NCBI GenBank assembly: GCA_937981915.1
Contig: CALJMD010000211.1
Location: 156-64,155, forward strand
DNA length: 64,000 nt
Direction: 5' to 3'
Source: an uncultured Acidimicrobiales bacterium
GTDB lineage: Bacteria > Actinomycetota > Acidimicrobiia > Acidimicrobiales > SZUA-35
This document shows positions 47,240-56,335 of this stretch, one piece after another. The translations under genes and the position numbers were made by a program. The notes beneath the pieces are model-generated. The model searched no databases and was not told where the DNA came from. It saw nothing but the letters and a program-made list of their open reading frames with translations. Numbering within the stretch: position 1 is the first letter of the stretch; each line of letters starts with the position of its first letter.

Positions 47240-49000
47240 GTGTTTAAGAAAGTGCTGATAGCCAACCGCGGTGAAATTGCCGTCCGGGTCATACGAGCTT
47301 GCCGAGAGATGGGGGTCGCCACGGTAGCCGTCTACTCGGACCTGGACCGGGACTCGATGCACGTCCGCATGGCCGACGAGGCGTTCGCCTTGGGCGGCCA
47401 AACAGCGGCCGAAAGCTATTTGAACACCGACGCCATCCTCGATGTGATCGAGCGATCAGGCGCCGACGCCGTCCACCCCGGATACGGGTTCTTCAGTGAG
47501 AACGCCGACTTCGCCCGGGCCATCACCGAACGTGGCGTCACGTTTGTCGGACCGCCGCCAGAAGCCATCGAAGTCATGGGCGACAAAGTTTCTGCCCGAG
47601 CAGCCGCCGACAAGGTCGGCGTTAACGGGGTTCCCGGCAACACGGACTTCCTGCAAGGGCCCGATGCCGTAGTCGAATTCGGCGAAGAACACGGTTGGCC
47701 GGTGGCCATTAAGGCTGCGTACGGCGGCGGCGGCCGAGGCATGAAAGTGGTGCATGGCGCCGACGAAGCGGCCGACGCCCTCGAGGCGGCCCAACGGGAG
47801 TCGTTGGCATACTTCGGTCGCGACGAATGCTACCTCGAGCGCTACCTCACGAATCCTCGCCACATCGAAGTCCAGGTGTTGTGCGACAACCACGGAAACG
47901 CCGTCTATCTCGGCACACGAGACTGCTCGGCCCAGCGGCGCCACCAAAAGCTCATCGAAGAGGCACCGGCACCCGAGCTGAGTGAGGCCATCTCCACCGC
48001 AATGGGCGAAGCGGCAGTGGCCGTAGCCAAAGGTTGCGACTACACCAACGCCGGCACCGTCGAGTTCCTCTACGAGGACGGCGATTTCTTCTACCTCGAG
48101 ATGAACACCCGGCTCCAGGTAGAGCATCCCGTGACCGAAATGGTCACCGGAGTTGACCTAGTCGAGCAGCAACTGCTGGTAGCAGCCGGGGAAAAGCTCA
48201 CAATCACCCAGGACACCGTCGCGATCAACGGTCACGCAATCGAGGTCCGGATCAACGCTGAAGATCCGGCCAACGGTGCCTTCCTGCCCTCTCCCGGGCC
48301 GGTCACCGGACTCAACGTGCCGTCGGGTTTCGGCGTGCGATGGGACGGCGGCTACCAGGCCGGAGACGAAGTCAGCCAGTACTACGACAACCTGGTCGGT
48401 AAATTGGTGTGCTGGGGTCGAGACCGGCCGACAGCCATTCAACGAACACTCCGAGCTCTAGCCGAACTGACAGTGTCAGGGGTCAAGACGACTATTCCGG
48501 CTGACGTTGCCATCCTCTCCCACCAGGATTTCATGGACGCCACCCACTCCACAAAATGGGTCGAGGAAACGTTGATGCCAGGGGTTCAGATTGAACCCGA
48601 CCCTGCGGCCGAGGACTCGGGCGACGACGCTGAACCAAAGATCAAACGTTCTGTTGACGTCGAAGTCAACGGCAAGAAGTTCAAAGTCGACATGTGGCTA
48701 CCCGAGTCGGCGGGAGCGGGCCAACCGGCGTCGGCCACTCGGGCTCGCAAGCGCTCATCCGGAGCGGGGGCGTCAGCCGGCACCGGATCAGGTGACGTTA
48801 CCGTTCCCATGCAGGGAACGGTAGTCAAGGTGGTGGCAGAGGTCGGACAAGAGGTCGCCGTTGGCGACACCGTGCTGGTTCTCGAAGCCATGAAGATGGA
48901 AAACAACGTGACGGCGGAAAAGGCCGGAACTGTGTCGGAGATTCGAGTCGAAGCCGGTCAGTCCGTCAGCGGCGGCGACGTTGTCGCCGTCATCGAATGA
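47240..49000 (+). CDS. accA: acyl-CoA carboxylase alpha subunit (biotin carboxylase + biotin carboxyl carrier domain)
   Basis: KVLIANRGEIAVRVIRA, GGGGRGM, EMNTRLQVEHPVTE, and a C-terminal biotinyl domain with VLEAMKMEN. GTG 47240 (MFKKVLIANRGE) preferred over TTG 47192. Confidence 0.9.
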   Translation: MFKKVLIANRGEIAVRVIRACREMGVATVAVYSDLDRDSMHVRMADEAFALGGQTAAESYLNTDAILDVIERSGADAVHPGYGFFSENADFARAITERGVTFVGPPPEAIEVMGDKVSARAAADKVGVNGVPGNTDFLQGPDAVVEFGEEHGWPVAIKAAYGGGGRGMKVVHGADEAADALEAAQRESLAYFGRDECYLERYLTNPRHIEVQVLCDNHGNAVYLGTRDCSAQRRHQKLIEEAPAPELSEAISTAMGEAAVAVAKGCDYTNAGTVEFLYEDGDFFYLEMNTRLQVEHPVTEMVTGVDLVEQQLLVAAGEKLTITQDTVAINGHAIEVRINAEDPANGAFLPSPGPVTGLNVPSGFGVRWDGGYQAGDEVSQYYDNLVGKLVCWGRDRPTAIQRTLRALAELTVSGVKTTIPADVAILSHQDFMDATHSTKWVEETLMPGVQIEPDPAAEDSGDDAEPKIKRSVDVEVNGKKFKVDMWLPESAGAGQPASATRARKRSSGAGASAGTGSGDVTVPMQGTVVKVVAEVGQEVAVGDTVLVLEAMKMENNVTAEKAGTVSEIRVEAGQSVSGGDVVAVIE

Positions 49001-51252
49001 CCCGTCTCCAACGCCAGCACATCAACGGGCACCGTTAGTTCGCCGTTCAACCTGGAGACGAGCGTCGAGGTCCCTTGGCTGTCGGGTACTGGGCCGCCCA
49101 ACAGCACGTGCGCCGCATCAAGAGTGTTCACGACGTCAATCACCTGCTGGGCGACGTCGCCTGAACGAACGAGAACTCTGGTTGCGAGTTCGCTAGCTCC
49201 CAGCTCTTCGATAATCATGTCCATCTGAACTGACAGCATCCGAACCAGTTCTTCAGCTGCGGTGTCCCGCAACGCCTGATCCACGTCGGAGAACCCGTCG
49301 TCGTCAACGACGGCGAGATACACAAGTTCGGTCACCTCGTTCTCAGCTTGGCCAGCGATCCGCACCGCTTGCCGCACGGCGAGGCTATGGCCGGTGCCTG
49401 CCCATGACACGTAGACCAGCTCACCGACCGAGTCGATCCGCTCCGATATGGAGGTGTTATCGGGTCCGACCCCAAGCGGTTCCGACCCAACGTTGGGTCC
49501 ACCCGACTCCCACCGCTCGGCCAACAAGTCGACGGCGGCCATTCGGTTGTTGAGCTCGGTCGTCAGGTCGTGAGCGGCAGCCACGTCGACGAGGCCCGAG
49601 CGGACGACATCACCAAGGGCTGACCGTTCAACAACCAACGCATCGCGTCGGGCCTGAAACAACATGGCCATTTCCAGCTCGGGATTGGCCCTGAAGTGAG
49701 ACTGGAGATGTTCTCCCTGACCGCCGATGTCTCGCTGATAGGACCGAGCCATGGCGTCGGCCATGCCGGAAAGAAGTACCCCATCGGCGCCCAGGCGGGC
49801 CATCTCGGCTTGCCCGGCACGACTCATGAACAGCCGGGCCTGGTGACGTTGCTGGGTGAGCTCGTTATCGGCTGTGCCGGAGAGCCCGAGGCTGTCCATC
49901 AACCGTGGAATCGTTGTGCCTTGAATAATCAAGGTGAACAACACAACACCGAAGGTCATGACTCGGAGCACGTCAACAGTTTCCTGGCCCAAGTCTTCAG
50001 CACTCAGGGTCAGCACCAGGGCCAGCGAAATAGCCCCTCGCAATCCAGCCCACACCATGACGTGGCGGTACTCCATAGGTATCCGCCGCTCCGGGCGGAA
50101 CACGGCTGCGGCCGCTGCGAGGCCGTGAGTCAGCAGCGCCCGAAGGACAAGAACGCCGACGACGGCGACAGCAACAGCCCACAGATTCGCCACCAGCGTT
50201 TCGATGCTGATGGTCAGGCCGATCACCAGGAAAACCATCGAGTTCACGAGGAACGTCAACAGTTCCCAGAAGTGTTCGAGCGTCATGCGAGTTGACGGCG
50301 ACGTGTTCTGCAAGCCGACGTTGCCGACCACTAGACCGGCAGCGACAACGGCCAGAATGCCGGAGAAGTGGAGATCTTGGCCGACTACCAAACCGATCTC
50401 CTCCGCCAGTAGGAACGAGCCATAGGCCAACGCCAGAGTGGTTGTGGTCTCGATCAATGGATCGTCCACCCGGGCCAGAAATACTGCACTGACCAGGTAG
50501 CCAAGCACCAGGCCGACCAGCAGGCCGCCAGCCGACACCACTACGAAATCGCTGGCCGCTCCGCCAACGCTGAAACCCTCACCGGTCGCTGCTTCCACTG
50601 CCAGCCCGAAGGCCACAACGGCAACGGCGTCATTGAACAGCGACTCACCCTCGACTAGGACGGCTAGACGCTTCGGGGCTCCGAGCGCTTTGAAGAACGC
50701 AATAACCGCCACCGGGTCGGTGGCCGAGATCAGGGCACCAAAGGCAAAAGCGGCGGCCCATGGCACGGCAAGTGTCCAGTGAACCAGACCGCCGATTGCC
50801 AGTGTCCCAACTGCGGTGCCGATCAGGGCAAACAACAAGATCGGGAAGAGATCCGCTTTCAACTTGGGCCACGGCAGCTGAAGCGTTGCCTCGAACAACA
50901 GCGGCGGCACGAGAAGGGCCAAGATCAGGTCAGCTGAGACGTCGACGGCAACCAGGTCACCCAGGAACGTGGCAAACAATCCCGCCACCACAAGGGCCAC
51001 AGTGAACGGGAATCGGACCCGCGCCGCCAGTACCGCGACCACCGCGGCGATGGCCACCAGCACCACGGCGGCAATTTCCTGGCGAAGAAAGTCGCTCGTG
51101 CCTGCTTCGGCCGCCAATGTCCAGCCCACCAGCCCAACGATCGAAGCCGGCAAAACGCCTAATGCCTCACCCAACATCGCACCGAACCCTTCACTGACCT
51201 CGTACATGGCCACACCCAATTCCCCCGACTGTCCGTAGTACCCGTGTGCCAA
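48958..51252 (-). CDS. CPA1 (NhaP-type) cation:proton antiporter with long cytoplasmic C-terminal region
   Basis: Multi-TM core with SATDPVAVIAFFKALG and GESLFNDAVAVV. About 320-aa C-terminal extension whose last ~150 aa resemble a universal-stress-protein-like alpha/beta domain. Start may be ATG 51207. Confidence 0.85.
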   Translation of the reverse strand: MAHGYYGQSGELGVAMYEVSEGFGAMLGEALGVLPASIVGLVGWTLAAEAGTSDFLRQEIAAVVLVAIAAVVAVLAARVRFPFTVALVVAGLFATFLGDLVAVDVSADLILALLVPPLLFEATLQLPWPKLKADLFPILLFALIGTAVGTLAIGGLVHWTLAVPWAAAFAFGALISATDPVAVIAFFKALGAPKRLAVLVEGESLFNDAVAVVAFGLAVEAATGEGFSVGGAASDFVVVSAGGLLVGLVLGYLVSAVFLARVDDPLIETTTTLALAYGSFLLAEEIGLVVGQDLHFSGILAVVAAGLVVGNVGLQNTSPSTRMTLEHFWELLTFLVNSMVFLVIGLTISIETLVANLWAVAVAVVGVLVLRALLTHGLAAAAAVFRPERRIPMEYRHVMVWAGLRGAISLALVLTLSAEDLGQETVDVLRVMTFGVVLFTLIIQGTTIPRLMDSLGLSGTADNELTQQRHQARLFMSRAGQAEMARLGADGVLLSGMADAMARSYQRDIGGQGEHLQSHFRANPELEMAMLFQARRDALVVERSALGDVVRSGLVDVAAAHDLTTELNNRMAAVDLLAERWESGGPNVGSEPLGVGPDNTSISERIDSVGELVYVSWAGTGHSLAVRQAVRIAGQAENEVTELVYLAVVDDDGFSDVDQALRDTAAEELVRMLSVQMDMIIEELGASELATRVLVRSGDVAQQVIDVVNTLDAAHVLLGGPVPDSQGTSTLVSRLNGELTVPVDVLALETGHSMTATTSPPLTD

Positions 51253-51311
51253 CGCGGGCGGCAGCCGATAGCCGCTTCGTTGAGTCTAGATTGTCCGGCT
51301 TTCAGTTTTGG

Positions 51312-52706
51312 TTACTCGGCCGCTTCAGAAAGGACTTCAGCCAGAGCCGGGTGAACAAAGAGCGACTCCATCAGATCCCGAACGGTCAGCCCTGCGGTCA
51401 CCGCCAAGGCCAGCACCGAGATCAGCTCCGCCGCGTGCCGTCCGACAATGGATCCGCCCATGACCACGCCGGTGGCCGGGTCAGACACAATCTTGACGAA
51501 TCCACGCGAGTCATTGTTGATCAAGGCCTTGGCTGAAACCGAGAAGGGCACTTTCGTCACCCGAATCTTGCGTCCCTCGGCGAAGGCGTCAGCCTCAGCA
51601 ATTCCGACATCGGCGATTTCCGGGTCAGTGAAGATGGCCGAAGCCGCCTTGTCATAGTCAAGATGCCGGTGAGGTGCTGCGTGCAAACCCATGGCGTGCT
51701 CAGCGATTTTTCGACCTTGCACTGACGCCACCGATGACAACGGAAGCTTGCCCGACAGGTCTCCAGCCGCATAAATGTGGGGCACGCTGGACTGCAGGTT
51801 GTGGTCAACTTTCACATACCCCCATTCCGCCTCCACGCCAGCGGCTTCAAGGCCCAGGTTGTCGGAGTTGGGTATCGAACCGATGGCCAGTAGCACGTGT
51901 GAACCGTCCGCTACCCGACCGTCGTTGCACACCACGCGCACGCCATCATCGGTCGCTTCGATGCTTTCGGCTCTGGCCCCCAGGAGCAGGTTCACCCCAC
52001 GATCCAGAAAGCTCTGCTCTAGAACTGCAGCGACCTCAGGGTCCTTCTCCGGCAGCACCTGACGGCGGGAGACAACGAGGGTCACTTCTGAGCCGAACGA
52101 CTTGAACATATGCACGAACTCGACGCCGGTAACACCTGAACCGACAACAATGAGATGCTGCGGCAACTCTGGTGGCGGATAAGCGTGGCGAGTGGTCAGC
52201 ACCCGCTGACCGTCGATGGGGGCCCAGTCGGGCACGCGAGGACGAGACCCTGTGGAAAGAACGATCACGTCACCGTGTAGTGATTCGGTCTCCCCGGTGT
52301 TGTGGGTGACATCCACGCTGTTGGGACCGGTCAACGTTCCCGTGCCTTCGATGAGGCGAACCCCTTGACTCTCGAGTAGCGACGTCATTGAACCTTCAAG
52401 CCGGTGTTCAATATCGGTAATGCGCTTCCTGAGTGCTTCGAAGTCCAGTTGGACATCGACGGTGGCCAGGCCCATCTCGGAGGCATCGTTCATCGTGGCC
52501 ATGGCGCTGCCGGTAGCGATCATCGCCTTCGAGGGGACGCAGTCGAGAAGGTGGGCGGCACCGCCAACGATGTCTCTTTCAATGAGGGTTACCTTGGCAC
52601 CGAGTCTGGCGGCGTGAGTCGCACAGTTGGTTCCGGCGGGCCCACCTCCGATAATCACAAAGTGCTTCGGAGCTCGGGATTGGCGAGCGTTTTCGTTGGG
52701 TTCCAT
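51312..52706 (-). CDS. pyridine nucleotide-disulfide oxidoreductase, LpdA (Rv3303c)-like NAD(P)H:quinone reductase type
   Basis: FAD-binding VIIGGGPAG and NAD-binding VVGSGVTGVEF. The dimerisation domain ends with HPALAEVLSEA. The redox-centre position reads GGAAHLLDCVPSK, with a single Cys. Confidence 0.85.
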   Translation of the reverse strand: MEPNENARQSRAPKHFVIIGGGPAGTNCATHAARLGAKVTLIERDIVGGAAHLLDCVPSKAMIATGSAMATMNDASEMGLATVDVQLDFEALRKRITDIEHRLEGSMTSLLESQGVRLIEGTGTLTGPNSVDVTHNTGETESLHGDVIVLSTGSRPRVPDWAPIDGQRVLTTRHAYPPPELPQHLIVVGSGVTGVEFVHMFKSFGSEVTLVVSRRQVLPEKDPEVAAVLEQSFLDRGVNLLLGARAESIEATDDGVRVVCNDGRVADGSHVLLAIGSIPNSDNLGLEAAGVEAEWGYVKVDHNLQSSVPHIYAAGDLSGKLPLSSVASVQGRKIAEHAMGLHAAPHRHLDYDKAASAIFTDPEIADVGIAEADAFAEGRKIRVTKVPFSVSAKALINNDSRGFVKIVSDPATGVVMGGSIVGRHAAELISVLALAVTAGLTVRDLMESLFVHPALAEVLSEAAE

Positions 52707-52892
52707 TGCTTGACTCTCTGTCCGACATTCGGCCTGGCAGCCGGTCCGACTTGCTGTGCGTCTATGCGACGAGGTTCACCTGGCGCATGCATGGCGTCAG
52801 CTTGGTGGGGCTGATCGCCGCTATCGACCTTATCGGATGAAGGCCACGCCCTATGACCATCGAAGAGGCGGTTTGCGCCCGACCTCGGCCGG

Positions 52893-53969
52893 CTACTGGG
52901 AGACCGCTGCCACCTTGCGCTCAAGACGGCTGAGTCGCTTGTACATCTCAAACATGGCAACGTACGCCAGGTCCTGGACATCGTCCACCGGCCGGTCGGG
53001 CAGGTTCGCCACATCTGTGGCGCTGGGAGGGGTGAACACTCCCACCTCGGCTGAGATGTTCGGGAAGTACTGCTGGCGAAGCTGCTCGTTGGCCTCCCGG
53101 TACTGCTCGAAAATGGCTTGGCGTTGCCCGAGCGTCAACAGAATTGAACCGCGATAGTCCTTGTATGCCTTCTCCCCCAGCAATTCCTCAAGGAACGTGT
53201 AGAACCGATGATCGTGCGGGCCGTCGAACAGCACATCCCGATAGGTGTTGGCCACCCGGTTGAAGCGCTCGTGCAGGGTTTTGTTGGCCTCAGCCACGGG
53301 CTGGTAGCAGCCAACGTCAATCCCGACGTGGTGACCGAAGTCGGCCACGACATCACCGCCCTCCAAACGATCTCGAGCGAAAATCCGCACCGTCATGGCC
53401 GAATCGCCATAGCCGGCGCGCCACGGTTCGAGACGGTCGTACCAGTTCAACGATCCGCTGACCTTCTTGGCGTAGGCGTCAAAGCTCTCGTACCGCTTGA
53501 GGTGCCACTGCTGCCAGGCCGACACCATGAGATCATCCTGGCGGCGAACATACGCCACAATGCCGATGTCGAAGACCTCGGCGCTCGGTTGGAACAATCG
53601 ATGAAAGCCGCGTGGGTTCAGAAGGTTCTCGGCGCTCACCACCAGGGTGTGCCAGCCGTGTTCGTCCATCTGACGCCGCAGTTTGGCCAATCGAAAGGTG
53701 ATGTCTTCTTCGAAGCCGTCGGTTCCCATACCGTGGTTAAACAGCCGCAGCTGATTTCCCCGCTGATGGCTGGTGAGATCCAGGTCGACCCCTGGTACGA
53801 GAATGCCATCAGCTCGAAGAGCCGCCGCGTTGGTGGCCAGGAACGACTGAATCGCCGAGCTGCCACATTTGCCCGAACCGACATGGACGATCAATCGAGG
53901 TTTGCGACCACCCTTTGGCTCAGGGCCGGACGGCGACCGGTCTGTAAACGATTTCAACGCACCCATCAT
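52893..53969 (-). CDS. sulfotransferase-like P-loop protein (hypothetical)
   Basis: 358 aa. ATGA overlap with the upstream GT2 gene. HVGSGKCGSS (53856..53879) resembles the 5'-PSB motif, and RRQDDLMVS (R-x7-S) resembles the 3'-PB motif of PAPS-dependent sulfotransferases. C-terminal helical tail. Confidence 0.5.
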   Translation of the reverse strand: MMGALKSFTDRSPSGPEPKGGRKPRLIVHVGSGKCGSSAIQSFLATNAAALRADGILVPGVDLDLTSHQRGNQLRLFNHGMGTDGFEEDITFRLAKLRRQMDEHGWHTLVVSAENLLNPRGFHRLFQPSAEVFDIGIVAYVRRQDDLMVSAWQQWHLKRYESFDAYAKKVSGSLNWYDRLEPWRAGYGDSAMTVRIFARDRLEGGDVVADFGHHVGIDVGCYQPVAEANKTLHERFNRVANTYRDVLFDGPHDHRFYTFLEELLGEKAYKDYRGSILLTLGQRQAIFEQYREANEQLRQQYFPNISAEVGVFTPPSATDVANLPDRPVDDVQDLAYVAMFEMYKRLSRLERKVAAVSQ

Positions 53970-55801
53970 CGATGATCCACCACTGGTCGCCCGGGTGAAG
54001 CAACCTCGACCAGCTCGGCCGCCACTCCCCCAAGCACGCCGGCTTCATCAACTTCGATTGGCGCCCTGCGCCAGGTCCTCCCGGCCCGCTGAAACGCTCC
54101 GTCTTCCCAGCGGGCGTCAGCCAGGCCCGGCGGGGTCGGCGGGTACTCGTCGCAGTCGCGACCGGTATTGTTCGGATTGTCGTACGGATCGAAGTACATC
54201 ACGGGGCGCCACCGGTGATGCACATGATCAAGTTCCCACTGATGCGTCGAGGGGTTCCGCGAACTCGATTCGAGGTGGACGACGACGTTGTCGTTGTCGA
54301 CCACCGATCGGTATCCGGCCATTTGCAGCTTGAAACAGAGGTCGACGTCGTTGAAGGCCAGCGGTAGGTCGGTGCAAAACCCACCCACATCCTCAAACTT
54401 GATTCGTTCGACCGCCATGCAGGCGGCGGTCACCGCGCTGCAGTTCAATTGCACCGCAAGTGAGCCTCGGACCCCGGTGTGGTCGGGGGCAAAGCCGGAG
54501 TATCGGTGGGCGACGTGGCCGTTGCGAGCCCAGACTCCTGTGTGCTGCAGTCTTCCGTCCTCGTACAGCAACTTGACCCCGACAGCCCCGATCTGAGGGG
54601 CCATGGCGAACATCACCATTCGCTCCAGCCAGTCGCCCCTCACGATCTCGGTGTCGTCGTTGAGAAACACCAAGATGTCGCCGGTACTTCTGGCCACGCC
54701 CAGGTTGCAGGCTTGGGAGTAGTTGAACGGTCGATCGTCTTGCACCAGGTGATGCGGCTGACCGGCTAGTGCATGGCGAACCGATGTCTTCAGCTCCTCC
54801 CCGCTGGAGCGATCGAAGACCACGACAATCTCGAAGTTCGGGTAGCGGGTCGAGGCCAGCGACTTGAGTGCCAGATCTATCATCCGTTGTCGTCGGCCGC
54901 GGATGACGCGAGACGACCCTCCGGTTGGGATGATCACGCTGGCTTTCGGATGGCGTGTAAGTCGCGGAGACAACCGTGCGACGATCGATTGCCTTCCTCC
55001 AACCCCATCGGCGATCTGCACTTCCTCTTCGACGACGCTCTGAAACCGCGTGCGGTCGAGGTGTTCTTGGACCACTGCCGCCACCGAGCCATCGGGTTGC
55101 CTCACTCGGTCGGAAAGCGGGACATGGACCAAAATTGCCGGGATGTGGACGATGCACTCGGACTGCTCGGCTATGCGGAGGGTGAGATCGTAGCGAGCCT
55201 GGTGTTCGTGAACCGGTCGTAGACCTCCAACCTGGCGGACCAGTTCGGTCCGATACATCACCGCCTCGCCCAAGTAGTCCTGCACTCGCAGTCGGTCGGG
55301 CGAAAAGGCGGGCTTGTAGAAGGCGTCGGTTCGGGTGCCGTCGACGCTGAGGACATCTTCGTCACCGTAGATCAGATCGGGAGTGACTGTTCCCCTCTCG
55401 GATTGCCCAGGCTCGCCGTTGGGCCAACGGGCCAGCTCGGCGCCAACAGTGGCCACAGCGTTGGCTGACAACGCCACGCCGGGGTCGAGAATCATGACGT
55501 ACTGGCCGGTGACAACCGAGCACGCCTCGGACCAACCCTCGGAGCGAGAACCGTGAAACGGAACAGTGCGTACCTGTGTACTTCTAGCTCCCCCAGCGTC
55601 AAGGCCCTGACGGGACAGCGCGGTGTCCACGTCAGCACCAGCTCTGGCGCCTACCCCCACCACGAGCTGCCAGTCCTGGCTGGTTTGCGCCACAATCGAA
55701 GCCAGCGTAGCGACTAGTCTCGGGGCGGCCGAAGCTGATTCGGCTGCCACGACGATCGAAAGCATGGGCGCTTGTGGCTCTATGGTGTCACCGGATGTCA
55801 C
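53966..55801 (-). CDS. two-domain family 2 glycosyltransferase
   Basis: N-terminal GT-A-like half (LSIVVAAES...QDWQLVVG, IYGDEDVLSVDG, HIPAILVHV). Canonical C-terminal GT2 half (ASVIIPTGG, YPNFEIVVVFD, VFLNDDTEI). GTG 55801 is preceded by GGAGG with 5-nt spacing. TTG 55813 and ATG 55765 are alternative starts. Confidence 0.8.
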   Translation of the reverse strand: MTSGDTIEPQAPMLSIVVAAESASAAPRLVATLASIVAQTSQDWQLVVGVGARAGADVDTALSRQGLDAGGARSTQVRTVPFHGSRSEGWSEACSVVTGQYVMILDPGVALSANAVATVGAELARWPNGEPGQSERGTVTPDLIYGDEDVLSVDGTRTDAFYKPAFSPDRLRVQDYLGEAVMYRTELVRQVGGLRPVHEHQARYDLTLRIAEQSECIVHIPAILVHVPLSDRVRQPDGSVAAVVQEHLDRTRFQSVVEEEVQIADGVGGRQSIVARLSPRLTRHPKASVIIPTGGSSRVIRGRRQRMIDLALKSLASTRYPNFEIVVVFDRSSGEELKTSVRHALAGQPHHLVQDDRPFNYSQACNLGVARSTGDILVFLNDDTEIVRGDWLERMVMFAMAPQIGAVGVKLLYEDGRLQHTGVWARNGHVAHRYSGFAPDHTGVRGSLAVQLNCSAVTAACMAVERIKFEDVGGFCTDLPLAFNDVDLCFKLQMAGYRSVVDNDNVVVHLESSSRNPSTHQWELDHVHHRWRPVMYFDPYDNPNNTGRDCDEYPPTPPGLADARWEDGAFQRAGRTWRRAPIEVDEAGVLGGVAAELVEVASPGRPVVDHR

Positions 55802-55840
55802 GAGTACCTCCAACCGACGTGATAGTCATTCGCAGCCCGA

Positions 55841-56227
55841 TCAACCGGCGTCGGGGGTCCGACCCGGAGTGATTGCGGCCGTGGCCTCTCCCACGGTCCG
55901 AGCGAAGGCACCCAAACGGCGACGCAGACCGTCATCGCGACCGACCAACGAGTGGAGATGTTCGTTCTCGGCCACGTACACGTGCACTTGGTGTTCCAGC
56001 TCGGCGACTCGTGCCTTGGCGGCAGCTTGTTCGGCCTGAGCACCTCGCAACGCGTCGATGGCCTCCAGCATCCGCTGGTAGGCCTCGTCTCTCTGACGTA
56101 TCAGATCCGCGTCCGGCGGGCCGACTGCGTCGGCTGGCGGTTCGGATAGACGGTCGGATAGAGAGTCGGATAAGGGGTCAGAGACAGAAGACGCAACGGC
56201 CTGATCGCGTGACGCGCTTGTGGCCAT
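55841..56227 (-). CDS. hypothetical coiled-coil protein
   Basis: 128 aa from ATG 56227. N-terminal LSD-type repeats, then a heptad-like helix ([50 protein letters not shown]). Ends 39 nt upstream of the GT2 start. Coding status is moderately supported. Confidence 0.4.
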   Translation of the reverse strand: MATSASRDQAVASSVSDPLSDSLSDRLSEPPADAVGPPDADLIRQRDEAYQRMLEAIDALRGAQAEQAAAKARVAELEHQVHVYVAENEHLHSLVGRDDGLRRRLGAFARTVGEATAAITPGRTPDAG

Positions 56228-56335
56228 TGGCGACCCTGCGGCGGGAGGGTTCGCTCTGTTTTGCACCTGCTTGAGTCTAGTGGCCGCAGGCACCGAACAG
56301 GATTTCCCCCCGCCGCGGCCCCAGGGGCTACCGTG

